The notes under the pieces: model-generated
Told to the model about the DNA's origin: nothing
Database searches by the model: none
What the model saw: the letters and a program-made list of their open reading frames with translations, nothing else
Program-made: the position numbers and the translations under genes
Part shown: one piece after another, positions 59,504-64,000 of the stretch
How positions within the stretch are numbered: position 1 is the stretch's first letter
How the letters are laid out: the number at the start of each line of letters is the position of its first letter
Virus record (IMG/VR): IMGVR_UViG_3300005099_000066
Location: 1-64,000 of that record
Origin: a virus
Direction: 5' to 3' (one strand)
DNA: 64,000 nucleotides

Positions 59504-59754
59504 ATACAATAGGTATAATAGTAGAGACAGAAGACCAGAGAAGGGTCTTGGTTAATTATATAAAGAATGTTGCAAAAATCAAAGCTGATTTGAATTTGCT
59601 AAAAGTAAAACCTTTGCCAGTTGTTATTTTCTTTGAGAACTTGGAAAACTGTCCTGTATCATATGCAAGTTTGGAATTCGTAAAATTTCATTTAAGATTT
59701 TACAAAGATACAATATTTTTCAAACCTGTAGATTTGTTTAAATGGAGGATTTAG
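59482..59754 (+). CDS. Hypothetical protein
   Basis: Tiling. Confidence 0.5.
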   Translation: MDEKRTINTIGIIVETEDQRRVLVNYIKNVAKIKADLNLLKVKPLPVVIFFENLENCPVSYASLEFVKFHLRFYKDTIFFKPVDLFKWRI

Positions 59755-59865
59755 AACATGAAATTAAAAAGTATTTTGTATAATGTGTTGTCTCTTATTT
59801 TGTTAATAATTCTTTTACCAATAGCAATGATATATGTATCTTCAAACAAATGGAGGTAGCAAATT

Positions 59866-60420
59866 ATGAAGACATTTGAGGATTATATGAAATCATTTTT
59901 GGAAGGTGAGGTTCTTTTGAAGGAAGGACTTGTGTCGGAGCATATTTACATAAGAGAATATGCTTGTAGACACTGTGATAAATTTCCTCCTCTTGAGGAT
60001 GTTCCTGAAGATTTATCTGAACAATGGTTTTTTGCCATTAGAAAAGTGTTTGACGCATTTGAAGATTTAAGGGAATTTGTTGGAAGACCAATATTTATCT
60101 CTTCAGGATATAGGTGTAAAGAATATCAAAAGATTTTGACAGCAAGAGGTTATAAAACTGCTGAAGTAAGTCCCCACAATTTTGGCGTTGCTCTTGACAT
60201 TATTGTTGGAGATGAAAGAGATAATCAGGTAGCTGTTTCCTTTTTAGAACTATATCATTCCGATTTGAGAATAGGCTTTCAATTGTATAATCATAAATTC
60301 ATCCACATAGACACAGCATATTTGTTGCCTATCAAAAAGCTTCAAGAATTAAAGATACTTCCTACTCTTGTTAGAGGAGTTTCTTTGCAAAAATATTGGA
60401 CAGAAGGAAAGAGATGGTAG
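59866..60420 (+). CDS. Peptidase M15-family cell-wall hydrolase (endolysin candidate)
   Basis: YACRHC, PIFISSGYRC, SPHNFGVALDI, FIHID. Confidence 0.88.
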   Translation: MKTFEDYMKSFLEGEVLLKEGLVSEHIYIREYACRHCDKFPPLEDVPEDLSEQWFFAIRKVFDAFEDLREFVGRPIFISSGYRCKEYQKILTARGYKTAEVSPHNFGVALDIIVGDERDNQVAVSFLELYHSDLRIGFQLYNHKFIHIDTAYLLPIKKLQELKILPTLVRGVSLQKYWTEGKRW

Positions 60421-60429
60421 GAGGCTGAT

Positions 60430-60789
60430 ATGTTTTTGTATTTAATACAAAGAATAATAATTTGTTTAATTGTGTTAATTATTGCCTATATAGCATTTGT
60501 TATATATTCTGTAAAAACAGACAGACTTTCTCCTGTTATTCATTTGGGATTGTTTTTTGTTATTATCTTTTTGCTTGCAGGAATATTTGTTTCTATTCAA
60601 AGGGCAGTTGAATCGAGAATTCCTTATATTTCATTCGAAAGAAAACCAACTTATGTTTATTACAAATTAAAATGTCCATACTTTGTTTCAATGGATATTT
60701 ATGTTCCGAAAAGACTCTCAGATAAATTTGAGAAAGATTATAATGTTTCTAAAACTGGAGAAGTTAAGTTAAAGTGTATAATTAAATGA
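60430..60789 (+). CDS. Two-TM membrane protein
   Basis: Two hydrophobic helices; follows the M15 gene. Confidence 0.55.
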   Translation: MFLYLIQRIIICLIVLIIAYIAFVIYSVKTDRLSPVIHLGLFFVIIFLLAGIFVSIQRAVESRIPYISFERKPTYVYYKLKCPYFVSMDIYVPKRLSDKFEKDYNVSKTGEVKLKCIIK

Positions 60790-60886
60790 TTATATTCAAC
60801 TGGAATCAGCTGGCTAATTTCAAATTTCTTTTTACTTTCGATAGATTTTGTGTTTTTAATTTCAAGCTTCGTTATCAGCATGTTTG

Positions 60887-60959
60887 ATGTGTGGAAATTT
60901 TCCAATTTTTGATAAAATCGAATCTAATATAATAGAGATGGAAATAAAAAGGAGGTAAA
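60887..60959 (+). promoter_or_regulatory. Repeated promoter+RBS cassette, copy 4
   Basis: 73 bp identical to 27061-27133. Confidence 0.9.
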
Positions 60960-60965
60960 ACAAGA

Positions 60966-63450
60966 ATGAATGGAGAATGTAAACTGATAAAAGTAGTAAT
61001 AGAAAAGATGTTTAGAGGTAATACCGTGGTGGCAACATATACAAATGTAGATTATAGAGAAAACAAAGTTCTTATTCCCAAGAAAACTGAATATAAATTT
61101 GATGAACTTGGATTTAAAGAATCTGAAAATTCGATGCTCTTGTTCGACAAAAAAGATGAAAGTCACTACTTTACGATTTTAAATGATTCAGTAGAAACTC
61201 TGTCCTATAAATATCACCCAGATAATAAGAAAGTTGTTCTGAAAATTTACTTTAAAAATGGGGATTTTCTTCAGCTGGAGAGAACTTTATGAAATTTTAT
61301 GAACTTGAAGAAGGGAAAATTTATCTATCTCAAAGAGGATACAGAGTGGCAAGAATAGGTGAATTTTTGTATGTGTTGTGCACTGGAAATTTTATTGTAG
61401 AACAACATGACAAAGATGGATTTAATGAGTATCCTTTTCCAACTTACTTTCCGAAATCAAGTTTGTTGTATGAAGAATTCATAAAGGGACCACCTGCTGT
61501 TCAAGAACAGATAAAGAATGGTAGAGCAAAGAAAGAGATTGTTTATAAATCTCAGAGAGGAGTCAGAAATTTTGTTAAAAGAAAATTCGAAGCTTTCAGA
61601 AAGAAGATGATAAAAGAAAAGGCTTTACTTTACGGTTCTAAAAGATTAAATAATGAGAGAAAGAGAATTGAAGAAGAATCCAAAAGAAAGGTGAAAAGAA
61701 AAAGAAGATGAAGACAATTACAGGATTGCGGAGGTGTAATAGTGAAACTTGTTAACAAGTCAGTTCCTTTGATTGTTGAAGATTTTTCTACTTTGGAGTT
61801 GGAATTAGTGGATATAGGTTATTCTCCAAAATTGAACAAAATCTTTGTAAAGGTAAATTTCAAAAATAATGCTGGAAAAGTAGGTCAGTTTGAAGTGGAA
61901 TATAGTTCTTTGCATAGTGAAATAAAAAAGATTAATGAAAAGTATTATTTAAGAGTCAGGGAGGTGAAAATAAAATGATATTATTTATTTTCATTTCAAT
62001 TGTTGTTGTTTTTATTCTTGTTGGCTTGATTGTAGCAATAATTGCTGATAAAAGTCTTGTGGAATTTCTGCTTCTTATAGCAATAATAGTTTGTGTTGGA
62101 GGTATTGTAGGAAAGAGAGCAGTTGAAGCAATAAACATATATAAGGAGTTGGTGGCATTAAAACAACAAATTGTGGCTTTAGAACATAATGTTGATAGGA
62201 TACGCACTGCTATTTATCAGGAAAACAATAATTCTGCCTTTGATTCCAAAAATTTCAAACAATCTACTAATTTATCAAATTATTTGAGAAAAGTTGCTGA
62301 ATTAAAAGGAGAATATAACTACAAATTGAGAAAAGCTTATTTTCATCGTCATTACTGGCTTTATTATTGGTTTTGGGATGGATTTCTCATTCCAAGTGCA
62401 ATTGATACAATGCAATATTACTAAATCAAGGAGGAAAATATGAAAGAAGAGCTAAAAGATAAATTGTGGAATACTATTATAAAGCATTTAGTATTTATTC
62501 GACAAACCACAACAATTAACAAAGAAGCATTGGTATCACAGCCACAGAATGCATTTGAAAATTTGAATTCCATACTACATGAAGAAATTGTGAGAGATTT
62601 GGTTGAAGGAGCGAAAAAACATATAATTGTTACTTCAGAAACAGACCCAGAAACATTGAGCATAATGCTTACTGGAAAATTGGTAGTTGTAAAAAATCCA
62701 GAAGAATTTTTGGAAAAAATAAGACAAATTCTTGATGAAATGTAGGAGCAAAATATGTATTTTTCAAAATACTTATGGGAAATTGCAGGAATTAAATTGG
62801 TATAAACTAATGGGAAGGAAATCATGATTGCAAAAATTATACTTGTTGTGTTATTTTCTCTGGTTACTTTCATAAGTTTCTTTACTTATTTAATAGATTT
62901 GATTCCCAAAAATCTTGATGACAGGAATGTAGGAGCAGTGATTTGGATTTCTTTTATAATAACAGTTGTGCTATGTAAAATTCTACTTTTTAAATAGAAG
63001 GAGAAAACTATGGGAATGGAAAATTATGTTGTGTCATTAGAATTAGCAAAGGAATTGAAAGAGGTGGGGTTTCCGCAGAATGATGGAGAATGGTATTGGA
63101 TACAAGTAAGGCTTGGCTATAAATGGGAATGGAAGTTATACTTACTTGCGAATTCCCCTTATGCCATTGACAATGATAAAATCAGAGCTCCCCTTGTTGA
63201 AGAAATTACTAAAGAATTACCTGACCATATTGCGATTGAAAGGGATGGAGAAAGGAAAAAGTATTGGTTAAACATTGAAGTCTATAAAGAAGGTTGCCGT
63301 GCTGGATATAGAACTGACCCTGCTACGCTTGGTGAAATGCCAGAATGGTTGTATGTAAGTGATGTATATCCCAAGCTCTCAGATGCTCTTGCTCAATTAT
63401 GGCTCTGGGCTTACGAACGTGGGTATTTGGAGGAGAGAGATGAAGATTAA
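60966..63450 (+). CDS. Run of about 8 small hypothetical/early genes including membrane proteins
   Basis: Tiling, RBS-preceded ORFs behind cassette copy 4. Confidence 0.55.
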
Positions 63451-63698
63451 AATTGAAACAAAAGAGACACCTATCCAGGAATTTGTAAAAATGTTATATA
63501 AATATGGTGAGATATGGGCAGAAGTCCCCTGGAACATACCACAGCCACGAATTGCCCTGTACTGCTATTCTGCGGTTTGGTGTTGATGAAAAAGGATTTT
63601 ACTTTTATAGTGATAGCAAAGGTAAGGTCTATTTGGATATTTATAAAATTCCTTCTGTGCATTTAGTAACAATTACGGAGGAGACAAATGAAGATTAA
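63440..63698 (+). pseudogene. Small gene apparently split by a +1 frameshift near CCCC 63526-63529
   Basis: Frame 0 has the RBS and ATG; the +1 frame fills the gap to the next gene. Confidence 0.4.
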
Positions 63699-64000
63699 TG
63701 TAAACAACATTGTTAGATTGAGCTATATAAAAAGATTTTCTATGTTAAGAGTAAACTATCCACAGACAGTTGCTGACCACTCATACAGAGTAGCTATGCT
63801 GGTTCTCATAATTGCGGATAGACTAAATCTGTCTGAAAAGAAAACATATGAGCTTGTTATACAGGCTTTGCTTCATGATATAGAGGAGAGTGTTCTTGGT
63901 GATGTCCAGTATTACATAAAGCATATTCCAGAAGTCGAAAAGGCTTTAGATGAATACAAGAGAAAATTTGCTTCTCAGATTCCTATACTAAATGATGAAG
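63688..64000 (+). CDS. HD-domain 5'-deoxynucleotidase/dNTP hydrolase (YfbR/DatZ-like), runs off window
   Basis: Not in ORF track. My translation: MKINVNNIVRLSYIKRFSMLRVNYPQTVADHSYRVAML...ALLHDIEESVLGDVQYYIK. Confidence 0.85.
   Translation, partial: MKINVNNIVRLSYIKRFSMLRVNYPQTVADHSYRVAMLVLIIADRLNLSEKKTYELVIQALLHDIEESVLGDVQYYIKHIPEVEKALDEYKRKFASQIPILNDE

Larger units (their letters stand above)
1..64000. mobile_element. Segment of a large tailed dsDNA bacteriophage genome (probably lytic; host probably an anaerobe, possibly thermophilic)
   Basis: Terminase, fibre/baseplate-like genes, phage-type replication module, dense small ORFs, two divergent arms, no housekeeping operons. Class II RNR and Cys-cluster proteins suggest an anaerobic host (inference). 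Confidence 0.95.

Noticed and set aside
24232-60959. Repeated cassette as att sites, terminal repeats or IS ends
   Set aside because: Four same-orientation copies, each with TATAAT and a downstream RBS before a gene; no integrase or transposase seen
24761-63662. Minus-strand ORFs in the right arm (e.g. 27652-28158, 42171-42665, 62421-62873)
   Set aside because: Antisense shadows of plus-strand genes
63688-64000. Diaminopurine (Z) genome call
   Set aside because: No PurZ (PurA-like) gene in the window; the HD domain alone is insufficient

Overview
64 kb of an AT-rich (about 30% GC by eye) large tailed dsDNA bacteriophage genome in the standard genetic code, with strong AGGAGG ribosome-binding sites. 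No integrase, tRNA, rRNA or CRISPR array was seen. There are two divergent arms that meet at about 24.0-24.3 kb. The left arm (1-23978, minus strand) carries a primase split by a +1 frameshift, terminase large subunit, a nucleoside-deoxyribosyltransferase-like gene, two tandem PurD-like ATP-grasp ligases, virion fibre/baseplate-type genes (with a SPOUT-like gene among them), a spanin-like protein, a phosphoesterase and a nucleotidyltransferase. The junction holds three abutting AT-rich inverted repeats, a candidate origin. The right arm (24298-64000, plus strand) carries many small early-type genes behind a repeated promoter/RBS cassette and a T4/SPO1-style replication-recombination module (class II RNR, UDG-fused PolA, gp32-like SSB, RecA, NusG-like, Mre11/Rad50, RuvC, SNF2, DnaB). 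It also has a dispersed set of genes pointing to thymine replacement and hypermodification (dUMP-hydroxymethylase-like TS, dimeric dUTPase, Nmad1-like, GT-B glycosyltransferase, PIG-L/LmbE deacetylase, HD nucleotidase). The most promising leads are (i) the PurD-like pair plus deoxyribosyltransferase-like gene near terminase, (ii) a possible amino-sugar modification of hmU, and (iii) the TCC-TGA frameshift in primase beside the hairpin cluster. All family calls come from motif recognition by eye, not database searches.
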